64,000 bases of DNA from the NCBI GenBank assembly GCA_050944835.1, contig JBMNRV010000001.1, positions 31,212-95,211 on the forward strand, read 5' to 3'. The DNA comes from Kiritimatiellia bacterium (GTDB lineage Bacteria; Verrucomicrobiota; Kiritimatiellia; JAAZAB01). Each line of letters opens with the position of its first letter. Position 1 is the stretch's first letter. The position numbers and the translations under genes were made by a program. Shown here in pieces: positions 27,750 to 35,345 of the stretch. The notes beneath the pieces were generated by a model. The model was not told the origin of the DNA and made no database searches. It worked only from the letters and a program-made list of their open reading frames with translations.

Positions 27750-28166
27750 TTTTGGGGTCAGCCAAGTTTTTTTGTGATTCTACCTGATATAGTGTTCTGA
27801 AAATTGGATTAAGTGTCCCAAGGTGGGCATCGTGCGTGCGCAATATTGGCCGCGTGGTTGAAATTTTGGGGTTGACGCGGACTGGGTGTCGTCGCCGTAT
27901 AATGACTCTCGCAAACTGTTATTGGCGGAGTTGATCTGAACTGAACCGGCAATGTGCTTGGACTGGATACGCATGGAATTGGGCATGGGTGATCGCTCGT
28001 GTTGCAATCATTTGATAGGATTCCTGAAAAATCTTTGAAAAACTCCGCGTTACGAGAGATAAAGCGCTTGAAATCGCAAATAAACTGCGCGCCTACACAA
28101 ATACACACGAGAGATAAAGCGCTTGAAATCGCAAAAAAACCTGACTGACCCCAAATACAAATACAT
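27750..28166 (+). repeat. island repeat E4 (417 bp, IR-bounded, E3-like core plus insertion and duplicated right end)
   Basis: Left TTTTGGGGTCAGCCAAGTTTTTTTGTGATTC. The right end ACGAGAGATAAAGCGCTTGAAATCGCAAA is present twice (28061-28089, 28107-28135) and is followed by CCTGACTGACCCCAAATAC. Confidence 0.9.
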
Positions 28167-28250
28167 ACCGTAATCGGTAGGAGAAAGCTTGCTATTGTGC
28201 ATGCTCGTAAACCAGCTCGCATTATACTTGTGTCAACAAGGAAAAACTGA

Positions 28251-29108
28251 ATGGCCAAGTCTCGTTATATACCGCTACTTGTTGCAGTGTGCTGTTGTGC
28301 TTTTGGAATCTCGGAGGAGACGGAACGATCAAAAGGCTTAGAAGATAGTGCTCTTATCAAGCTTTCGCCAAAAGAAGCGATTGAGTTTGTCTGGATATCT
28401 GAATTAGATGTCTGGGTGGGCAAATACGAGGTGACGCTCGGTCAATTTATTCATATGTCCAGACGTGCAGCCAAGTACCCTCATGAGTTTGCTGGTCGAT
28501 TTGTTGAGAATGGTGATGAAATGAACGCTCCGGCCGTGATGGTGGGGTGGAAAGAAGCTAATGACGCATGCAGGTTTCTCAATCGTCAATACGGTCATTT
28601 GTTGCGAGATGGTTATATATTTCGGCTCCCAACAGAAAGCGAATGGGACGAAATTGCGAGATGCGGAGATGATCGGATATATCCATGGGGCAATGACTGG
28701 CCACCGGTACCAATGGCTGACGGTATTTTGCCAAATCTTCAAGGTGTAGAAGTCATTTCTATTAGTGGACGGACGCCACCAGCGATTCGTTCCATTCCTG
28801 GCTATAGTGACGGATGGCCGTCGGTTGCGCCAGTTAAGCATAGCGGTGCCAATGACTGGGGTGTCTTCGGTCTTGCTGGCAACGTTCAAGAATGGTGTGA
28901 AGGTTGGTATGACCGAGGTCGAGGTTTAAGATTGCTAAAGGGTAGTTCTGCTGGCTCATTTCAGCCAGTCGACTGCAAAATTACTGCCCGCCATGCAGTA
29001 GAAGGCCAATCTACTTTCAGGGGGTTGTTTCTTTGGGGGGAAGTGCGAAATCAAGGGCGATCGTACACAGGTTTTCGGATAGTCGTAGGGCAGCCTATCA
29101 TCAGATAG
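28251..29108 (+). CDS. secreted formylglycine-generating-enzyme (FGE/SUMF1) domain protein
   Basis: Signal peptide, WVGKYEVTLGQF, PAVMVGWKEANDACRFLN, RLPTESEWDEIAR, YPWGNDWP, GLAGNVQEWCEGWYD, GFRIVVG. Confidence 0.8.
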   Translation: MAKSRYIPLLVAVCCCAFGISEETERSKGLEDSALIKLSPKEAIEFVWISELDVWVGKYEVTLGQFIHMSRRAAKYPHEFAGRFVENGDEMNAPAVMVGWKEANDACRFLNRQYGHLLRDGYIFRLPTESEWDEIARCGDDRIYPWGNDWPPVPMADGILPNLQGVEVISISGRTPPAIRSIPGYSDGWPSVAPVKHSGANDWGVFGLAGNVQEWCEGWYDRGRGLRLLKGSSAGSFQPVDCKITARHAVEGQSTFRGLFLWGEVRNQGRSYTGFRIVVGQPIIR

Positions 29109-29124
29109 CGGATAACGGAGACTA

Positions 29125-29200
29125 ATGGAACCAGACAGAGCCATAGAGATTATACATAGTCTTGCCGACGTGGTTGACCATATAGCGGCGAGCGATTCCC
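29125..29200 (+). repeat. cassette-junction repeat, copy 1
   Basis: ATGGAACCAGACAGAGCCATAGAGATTATACATAGTCTTGCCGACGTGGTTGACC.. (MEPDRAIEIIHSLADVVD..) recurs at 30578-30653. Both copies begin 13-16 nt after the stop codon of the preceding ORF. Confidence 0.85.
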
Positions 29201-29464
29201 GTCCGACTCTCCCTACCAGCACGCCGACACGGTCTGTGCGTTGCACCTGGCGCTTGAGGGACTGACCCATCTTCTACCGTTTAAAAAATTGAAGTGTTGA
29301 TAATCAACGACTTACAAAAGCGACAGATGCCTGTGCCAAGCAAGCGTCCAAGCCCCGAGGTTTCTTGTGCTAGACCTGCTGCATGAAAACCAAACAACAT
29401 GCAGGTATGGCGGAGCTGTGCGCGGCGAACAGCAGTGCAACGCTAGGAACTGGTTCAAGGATGA

Positions 29465-29737
29465 CAGCAGGCTTTAACCGGCGGTAGAAATAGGTTTGAC
29501 GTAGCGACCGTCACCCGATACGATTATGCCAATGACGCGGCTGGCGCAGTAGTGGCACACTTGCTTTGGTGTCTAGTACCCATTGGTTTACTAGAACCTG
29601 TCCGAACCGCAAGTATGGTCGTTGGTGCACTAAGTGTGAATGAGCGGGAAGGCTATGACCAATCCAAGATCATTACTTATTGTCTTCATCATTGCTCATC
29701 TTCTTGTGCAAGTCTCGGCTTTTCTCGTCTCGCTTGA
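29465..29737 (+). pseudogene. YD/RHS-repeat fragment continuing into a unique tail of about 65 codons (orphan C-terminal-module-like)
   Basis: Stop-bounded frame QQALTGGRNRFDVATVTRYDYANDAAG|AVVAHLLWCLVPIG... It has no ATG (GTG at 29552). Homology to the E5-linked copy (30838-30964) ends at GCGGCTGG. Confidence 0.45.
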
Positions 29738-29987
29738 TGATCGTGTTGTGCCAACTCATCCGGGCTATTCGCGGTCATTGGAGCGACGTGTCGCCGTAGC
29801 CCAAGTGATTACGGCGGTCGTCGGTGTGCCGTTTTCGACCCTCTTGTGGTGCGTGCCCTTGAAGGCATCAGGTTCTTGGAGTCAGTTCGCCGCATCCGTG
29901 TACGTCCATGCTTGGCCTCTTTGGATGCTTTTCAATACTACGATTTGGGCTTTGGTTTTTCGTGGACTGTTACGTCGTTTTTCGTGA
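29640..29987 (+). CDS. hypothetical small membrane protein
   Basis: Hydrophobic stretches LLIVFIIAHLLVQVSAFLVSL and VITAVVGVPFSTLLWCVPL. It overlaps the tail of the previous frame. Confidence 0.4.
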   Translation: MSGKAMTNPRSLLIVFIIAHLLVQVSAFLVSLDDRVVPTHPGYSRSLERRVAVAQVITAVVGVPFSTLLWCVPLKASGSWSQFAASVYVHAWPLWMLFNTTIWALVFRGLLRRFS

Positions 29988-30120
29988 CCGCGCTTATGTC
30001 GGTGAAGATTCGTATCGCTCATCCCAATGGTGTGGGTAAACGTCCGGTCGAGCACTCCCTATACAGGTTTGTTATGATGTGCTAGACCTGCTGTATGAAA
30101 CCATGCAACGGAGGTGTCGT

Positions 30121-30564
30121 ATGAAGAAGGTATTTCTAGGTGTCTTTCTGGGTGCCGTTATCGCGTTTGGGTTGTTGTTGGTTGTTTTTTTTGCGATGCC
30201 TTCTGAGCGCCGTTTGTCAGACCTTCATACGACGGGATTTCGTCTCGCAGACCGAAGTAGTGTTTTGTATTTTGCGAAATATTTACCGGACACCCTTTCG
30301 CCAGAGTCCTTTGCGGGTGTTGTGATTATTGATACTAACCTAAGTGTCATTGCCTCGCGCATACTTCCGCCAGAATTGTTGCATGGTGAGGAACTCATAA
30401 TTGAAGCTGATAAAGCACGTGAGCGACTTCAGGTTCGGAATTCAACTTCCCAAGTGGCTGTTCGTTGGTCTGTTGGTAGCCAAGAGTTTGAGCTCTGTAC
30501 CAATGCCTTGGAAAACCCGCTCGAAAATGCACAGCTGATTCTGAAATCCATCAGAGCGCGGTAG
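30121..30564 (+). CDS. hypothetical membrane-anchored protein (147 aa)
   Basis: The ATG at 30121 gives MKKVFLGVFLGAVIAFGLLLVVFFAMPS. It is preceded by the junction repeat TGTGCTAGACCTGCTGTATGAAACCA. Confidence 0.45.
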   Translation: MKKVFLGVFLGAVIAFGLLLVVFFAMPSERRLSDLHTTGFRLADRSSVLYFAKYLPDTLSPESFAGVVIIDTNLSVIASRILPPELLHGEELIIEADKARERLQVRNSTSQVAVRWSVGSQEFELCTNALENPLENAQLILKSIRAR

Positions 30565-30577
30565 TGGCAGCATTCAC

Positions 30578-30653
30578 ATGGAACCGGACAGAGCCATAGA
30601 GATTATCCATAGTCTTGCCGACGTGGTTGACCCATACAGCGGCGAACGGGCCA
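30578..30653 (+). repeat. cassette-junction repeat, copy 2
   Basis: MEPDRAIEIIHSLADVVDPYSGE.. The frame runs directly into the left IR of E5. Confidence 0.85.
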
Positions 30654-30661
30654 CTGGAAAA

Positions 30662-31108
30662 TTGGGGCCAGTCAAGTTTTTTGTGATTTTATTTGACATA
30701 GTGTCTTGGATATAGGGTTAATGGCGCCATGGCAAGGCAATTACGGGGTGAATGCTTTGGCGCGCTTTATCACATCACATAATGGCACGAGAGGCGTGAG
30801 CCGATAGTATCTGGTGATGCTCTAGGTGCACGAAGTTGTGCGCGGCGGACAGCAGTGCAACGCTAGGACCTTGTTCAAGGATGACAGCAGGCTTTAATCG
30901 GCAGTAGAAATAGGTTTGACGCTGCGACCATCACCCGATACGATTATGCCAATGATGCGGCTGGACGACGGATTGCCATGAAATACAGCAGGTGCAAGAA
31001 GTACTGGTACACATGGGGCGCATGAATGCAGCCAGCAATCCAAAACTCCGTGCTACGAGAGATAAAGCGCTTGAAATCGCAAAAAAAACTTGACTGACCC
31101 CAATACTG
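30662..31108 (+). repeat. island repeat E5 (447 bp, IR-bounded, contains a YD remnant at 30886-31026)
   Basis: Left TTGGGGCCAGTCAAGTTTTTTGTGATTTTA; right TGAAATCGCAAAAAAAACTTGACTGACCCCAATAC. Confidence 0.85.
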
Positions 31109-31246
31109 ACGCCGTCATTACCTGATCTTATTGAGCCGCCAACAACAAAACCTGAGTGGCCCAGTTGGCTGGATTGGTTGGATATTATTAGAAAAGGCTG
31201 GGATTGGATTAGGGGACGCGATTGAAATATAAACTTGAGGTTTTAT

Positions 31247-31870
31247 ATGTATAAGAAAGCAAATATATTTGCTTTGTTTTTTATTGTATTGTCCATTGCA
31301 TTTGGTGATGATTTTGGCGTTAATGGTAAAGAATTACTAATAAAACTTTCTTCGGATGATTACTTTGAACGAACGTCGATATTGAAAAGTGTTGCCTTAT
31401 ATGGAGAATCACATGCATTACCACAAGAAATTACGGAACTGCTGTTATTGCAATACCACAAAGAAACAGATTGGCGTATAAAGGTGCGGATAATATTGGT
31501 GCTTAAATATTCTGATGACAAGAAAAGTGTTCTTCCTTTTTTAGTGCAATGTCTTAATGATCGTGAACCTTGTTCTGGCGGGTCAGGGCTGGTGCCTTCC
31601 ACTGCGGCAAAAGTGATTTCTGAAATAGGTGATGTCTCGACCTTTGAGCCGCTTAAAAGGTGGGTTGATTTTTTAAAAAAAGCCCCTTATGCCGAAGATG
31701 TTAATGAAGAATATAGCAATGAAATGTTGAAGCTAAATGCTGGTTATCTGAAAACGTTACAAGCGCGGATTACGGAAAAGTCTGATGGATATAATAGTCC
31801 AACCAATCCGGTGCCGGAAAAACCAACGAATTCCGGGGTGAAAAGCAAGGCGGACGGCGGGGGGAAGTGA
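31247..31870 (+). CDS. secreted HEAT/armadillo-like repeat protein (tentative)
   Basis: The ATG at 31247 gives MYKKANIFALFFIVLSIAFG. Helical-repeat-like segments are present (DWRIKVRIILVLKY..VLPFLVQCLND..TAAKVISEIGD). Composition is AT-rich. Confidence 0.5.
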   Translation: MYKKANIFALFFIVLSIAFGDDFGVNGKELLIKLSSDDYFERTSILKSVALYGESHALPQEITELLLLQYHKETDWRIKVRIILVLKYSDDKKSVLPFLVQCLNDREPCSGGSGLVPSTAAKVISEIGDVSTFEPLKRWVDFLKKAPYAEDVNEEYSNEMLKLNAGYLKTLQARITEKSDGYNSPTNPVPEKPTNSGVKSKADGGGK

Positions 31871-32205
31871 TAAAAACAGTGCGTGGAAACGGCGGACAGC
31901 CGGGATAAACCGGAAGCAGACCGATTGTGGCAGTGCGGATGTTGGCATGGGCGCTCCGTAGTATGCCACGAAAGCTGCGGAGACAGCATCCACGCCAACC
32001 GCCCGCTTGCGGTCCCGCTCCAGCAGAGAGTGTGCCGGAAGACCGTCCCCCCACTGCCTCCGTCGTTGACGGGCCGCTACGAGATGCGGCTAAAAGATGA
32101 ATTGGGCGTTGTGGCGCCGACGTACGCAGCGCCAAGCCGCGCGGACTGGCCTTTGATTAATCGCCAGATTTTTGGGGAAAGTCCACACGCAAATACCAGG
32201 ACATC

Positions 32206-32242
32206 CCCCAAAAAATTGGAAGCAGTTATATATAATCTCTTG
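32206..32242 (-). repeat. inverted copy (36/37 nt) of 25358-25395
   Basis: CCCCCAAAAAATTGGAAGCAGTTATATATAATCTCTTG compared with the reverse complement of CAAGAGATTATATATAACTGCTTCCAATTTTTTAGGGG. Confidence 0.85.
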
Positions 32243-32258
32243 TAAGCAAACGACATGA

Positions 32259-32610
32259 CCTAAAACTGCGGCAGTTGGCAAGTTTGTCGCAGATGCGCGG
32301 CGCGACAGAGGGGAGAACCACGGATGAACACGGATTAACACGGATGGTCTCACGGAGGAGGAGAACCGATAGACGTAGATGGTGAAGGGTAGCCCTTTAT
32401 AAGGGCGTAACATAGTTGTGTTCAATCCCCGATATCCCAAGACGTTGCCCTGAATTTCTATGTCACGCCCTTTCAGGGCTGTTTTCATGTTTTCCCGTTA
32501 ATCCCAGGGCGTTGCCCTAGGCTGGGTATGTCATGCCCTTTCAGGTCCCCGCCAGACCCCGAATTTAACCCGCGCGGACTGGTTTTTGATTAATGGCCGG
32601 ATTTTTTGAC
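32259..32610. repeat. mosaic element block R-d (A end, arm words, then an inverted copy of the 11.1-11.3 kb hairpin block)
   Basis: CCTAAAACTGCGGCAGTTGGCAAGTTTGTCGCAGATGCGCGG, GAACCACGGATGAACACGGATTAACACGGATGG, GCCCTTTCAGGGC hairpins. Confidence 0.8.
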
Positions 32611-32634
32611 AAAATTCTCTCGCGTAAATATCAC
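32606..32634 (+). promoter_or_regulatory. candidate sigma70-type promoter upstream of clpB
   Basis: TTGACA, 17 nt, TATCAC. A CTTGAAA element follows at 32634-32640. Confidence 0.3.
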
Positions 32635-32746
32635 TTGAAAACGTCAATGTAATTTATAAAATGTATTGCCGATGTTTCGTAACCCTGCGCCGTAACCCCA
32701 CAAGTGTTTCGTGCGCGTAATCATTTGACGGCAAGGAGGGTGTTCA

Positions 32747-35332
32747 ATGGACGTAAATCGTGCTACACAAAAAGTTCAGGAAGCCCTGCAGGCAGCCCAA
32801 GCTCTGGCATTACGCCGTGGCCATCAGGAGGTTGACGGCGAACATCTGCTGCTGGCAATGCTGGAGCAGAGCGATGGGCTGGCTGTCCGGTTGCTGGAAC
32901 GTATGGGTGTCTCAATCCCGACTCTGAAGTCCCGGCTCGAACAGGATTTGGATAGGCGGCCACGGGTCAGCGGCGGTACGGAAGCCGGCAAAATATACGT
33001 TACTCAGCGTCTGAGCCGTCTTTTACTGGCGGCTGAGGATGAAGCCCGCCGTCTGAAGGATGAGTATGTTTCGGTGGAGCACGTTCTGGCGGCGTTCATT
33101 CATGAAGACGACCGCACATTGGCTGGGCGCTTGCTGAAGGAAATGGGCGTTACCACGCCGCGCTTTCTGGAAGCCTTGACTGCTGTGCGTGGCAACCAGC
33201 GGGTGACCAGCGCCAACCCGGAAGCCGCCTATGAGGCGCTGGAAAAATACGGTATGGACCTAGTGGCGCTGGCACGGCAAGGCAAGTTGGACCCGGTAAT
33301 CGGGCGCGATCAGGAAATTCGGTCTGTCATACGTATCCTGTCACGCAAGACCAAGAATAATCCCGTGCTGATCGGTGAACCCGGAGTAGGGAAGACGGCG
33401 ATTGTTGAAGGTCTGGCTCAGCGCATCCTGCGCGGGGATGTGCCGGAAGGGCTGAAAGATCGCACAATTTTTGCGCTGGATTTGACAGCGCTGATGGCCG
33501 GCGCGAAGTACCGGGGCGAGTTTGAAGAACGCTTGAAGGCGGTCTTGAACGAGATCAAAGCGGCTGACGGACGGATTCTTCTGTTCATTGATGAATTACA
33601 TATGATTGTTGGCGCGGGCAAGACCGAAGGGTCATCCGACGCCGGCAATATGTTGAAACCGATGTTGGCGCGCGGCGAATTGTATTGCATTGGCGCCACA
33701 ACACTGGATGAATATCGCGAGCATGTCGAAAAAGACGCGGCCTTGGAACGGCGTTTTCAGCCGGTGATGGTGGAGCCGCCGGGAGTGGAAGACACCATCT
33801 CCATTCTGCGCGGTCTGCGCGAACGGTTTGAGCTGCACCATGGTGTGCGTATTCAGGATGCCGCGTTGGTGGCTGCCGCCACGCTTTCTAATCGTTATAT
33901 CAGCGACCGGTTCCTGCCCGATAAGGCTATTGACCTGGTGGATGAGGCTTGCGCTTCAATCCGCACGGAGATTGACTCCATGCCGGCGGAACTTGACGAG
34001 GTGACGCGTAAAGCGTTACGCTTGGAAATCGAGGAGACGGCGCTGAAAAAAGAAAAAGATCAGGCCAGCCGTGAACGCCTTGAAGCATTGCGTAAGGAAT
34101 TGGCGGAACTGAAAGAGAAGGTTGCTGCCATGCGCTCCCAATGGGAGGAGGAGAAGAAAGCCTTGGCCGCCAAGCAGGCGTTGCGCGAAAAACTTGAGCA
34201 AGCCCGCCAGGAATGCGAAACCGCCGAGCGCGCTTACCAATTGGAGCGTGTGGCGGAGTTGCGCCATGGCGTCATTCCGGATTTGGAACGCCAATTGCAC
34301 AAGCTGGACGGAGAAGCCGACTCTGCCATGCTGCGCGAGGAAGTCACCGAGGAGGAAATAGCCGCGGTGGTGTCGCGCTGGACGCGCATCCCGTTGACCC
34401 GGCTGGTTGAAGGCGAGCGCGAGAAATTGCTCCGCTTGGACAAGGTGCTGCATGAACGCGTGATAGGTCAGGACGAAGCCGTCCAAGCTGTGGCCGACGC
34501 CGTGCTGCGGGCGCGCGCCGGTATCAAAAATCCTCAGCGTCCGATTGGTTCGTTTCTCTTTCTTGGCCCCACTGGCGTGGGCAAAACCGAACTTGCCCGG
34601 GCGCTTGCCATAACCCTGTTTGACACAGTAGATAATCTGGTGCGCTTGGATATGAGCGAGTATATGGAGAAACATGCCGTATCGCGCATGGTTGGCTCGC
34701 CCCCGGGCTACATCGGCTACGAGGAGGGTGGGCAGTTGACCGAGGCTGTGCGGCGCAAGCCCTACTGCGTGTTGCTGCTGGATGAAATTGAAAAAGCCCA
34801 TCCGGATGTTTTCAATATTCTCTTGCAATTGCTGGATGAGGGGCGGTTGACCGATTCCCACGGGCGTACGGTGAATTTTAAAAATTGCGTGGTGATTATG
34901 ACCAGCAACATCGCTTCGCATGTGCTCCTGGAGGGCATTGAACGCGATGGGCGGATCCGCGAGGGCGTGCGCAATCAGGTAATGGAAGCGTTGCGCGAGC
35001 ATTTCCGTCCGGAATTCCTTAACCGCGTGGACGAAATTGTATTGTTCAAGCCTCTGACTCAGTCGGAACTTGAAAGCATTGTGGATTTGCAAATGGCGGA
35101 ATTGGGTGAGCGATTGGCAGAGCAGCAGATTGGTCTTTCCGTGACGCCTGCCGCGCGCCGCTTAATCGCTGAACGTGGATACGATCCGGTGTATGGCGCG
35201 CGTCCGCTAAAACGCTTTATCCAGCAAGCCGTAGAGACACCGGCTGCGCGCGCATTACTGAATAGGCAGCGCGGCGCTGCCGGAACATTAAAAATAGATG
35301 TGAAAAACGACGAGCTGACTGTGAATTTGTAA
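32747..35332 (+). CDS. clpB: ATP-dependent chaperone ClpB
   Basis: Clp N-domain, two AAA+ modules ([16 protein letters not shown]), and a long coiled-coil M-domain. Confidence 0.95.
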   Translation: MDVNRATQKVQEALQAAQALALRRGHQEVDGEHLLLAMLEQSDGLAVRLLERMGVSIPTLKSRLEQDLDRRPRVSGGTEAGKIYVTQRLSRLLLAAEDEARRLKDEYVSVEHVLAAFIHEDDRTLAGRLLKEMGVTTPRFLEALTAVRGNQRVTSANPEAAYEALEKYGMDLVALARQGKLDPVIGRDQEIRSVIRILSRKTKNNPVLIGEPGVGKTAIVEGLAQRILRGDVPEGLKDRTIFALDLTALMAGAKYRGEFEERLKAVLNEIKAADGRILLFIDELHMIVGAGKTEGSSDAGNMLKPMLARGELYCIGATTLDEYREHVEKDAALERRFQPVMVEPPGVEDTISILRGLRERFELHHGVRIQDAALVAAATLSNRYISDRFLPDKAIDLVDEACASIRTEIDSMPAELDEVTRKALRLEIEETALKKEKDQASRERLEALRKELAELKEKVAAMRSQWEEEKKALAAKQALREKLEQARQECETAERAYQLERVAELRHGVIPDLERQLHKLDGEADSAMLREEVTEEEIAAVVSRWTRIPLTRLVEGEREKLLRLDKVLHERVIGQDEAVQAVADAVLRARAGIKNPQRPIGSFLFLGPTGVGKTELARALAITLFDTVDNLVRLDMSEYMEKHAVSRMVGSPPGYIGYEEGGQLTEAVRRKPYCVLLLDEIEKAHPDVFNILLQLLDEGRLTDSHGRTVNFKNCVVIMTSNIASHVLLEGIERDGRIREGVRNQVMEALREHFRPEFLNRVDEIVLFKPLTQSELESIVDLQMAELGERLAEQQIGLSVTPAARRLIAERGYDPVYGARPLKRFIQQAVETPAARALLNRQRGAAGTLKIDVKNDELTVNL

Positions 35333-35345
35333 AAGGGAAACCATT

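Noticed and set aside
28061-28135. Possible mini CRISPR array: two identical 29-nt repeats (ACGAGAGATAAAGCGCTTGAAATCGCAAA) separated by about 17-26 nt.
   Set aside because: There are only two units. The apparent spacer is itself a degenerate copy of the sequence that follows the second unit, so this is a tandem duplication of the E4 right end. No cas genes are in the window.
28251-29108. The FGE/C-type-lectin-fold secreted protein could be a diversity-generating retroelement (DGR) target with a C-terminal variable region.
   Set aside because: There is no reverse transcriptase ORF in the window. I could find no template-repeat copy of the C-terminal 150 nt (28930-29080) nearby, and that stretch shows no adenine-specific mismatch pattern against any other sequence in the window.
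34016-35092. Large antisense ORFs inside housekeeping genes, for example 34016-35092, 36432-37172, 50454-51053, 58003-58542, 59053-59670, 10067-10687 and 13337-14056.
   Set aside because: These are typical shadow ORFs of GC-rich coding DNA. Their amino-acid composition is low-complexity and Arg/Ala/Pro-rich, and each is fully contained in a well-supported gene on the other strand.
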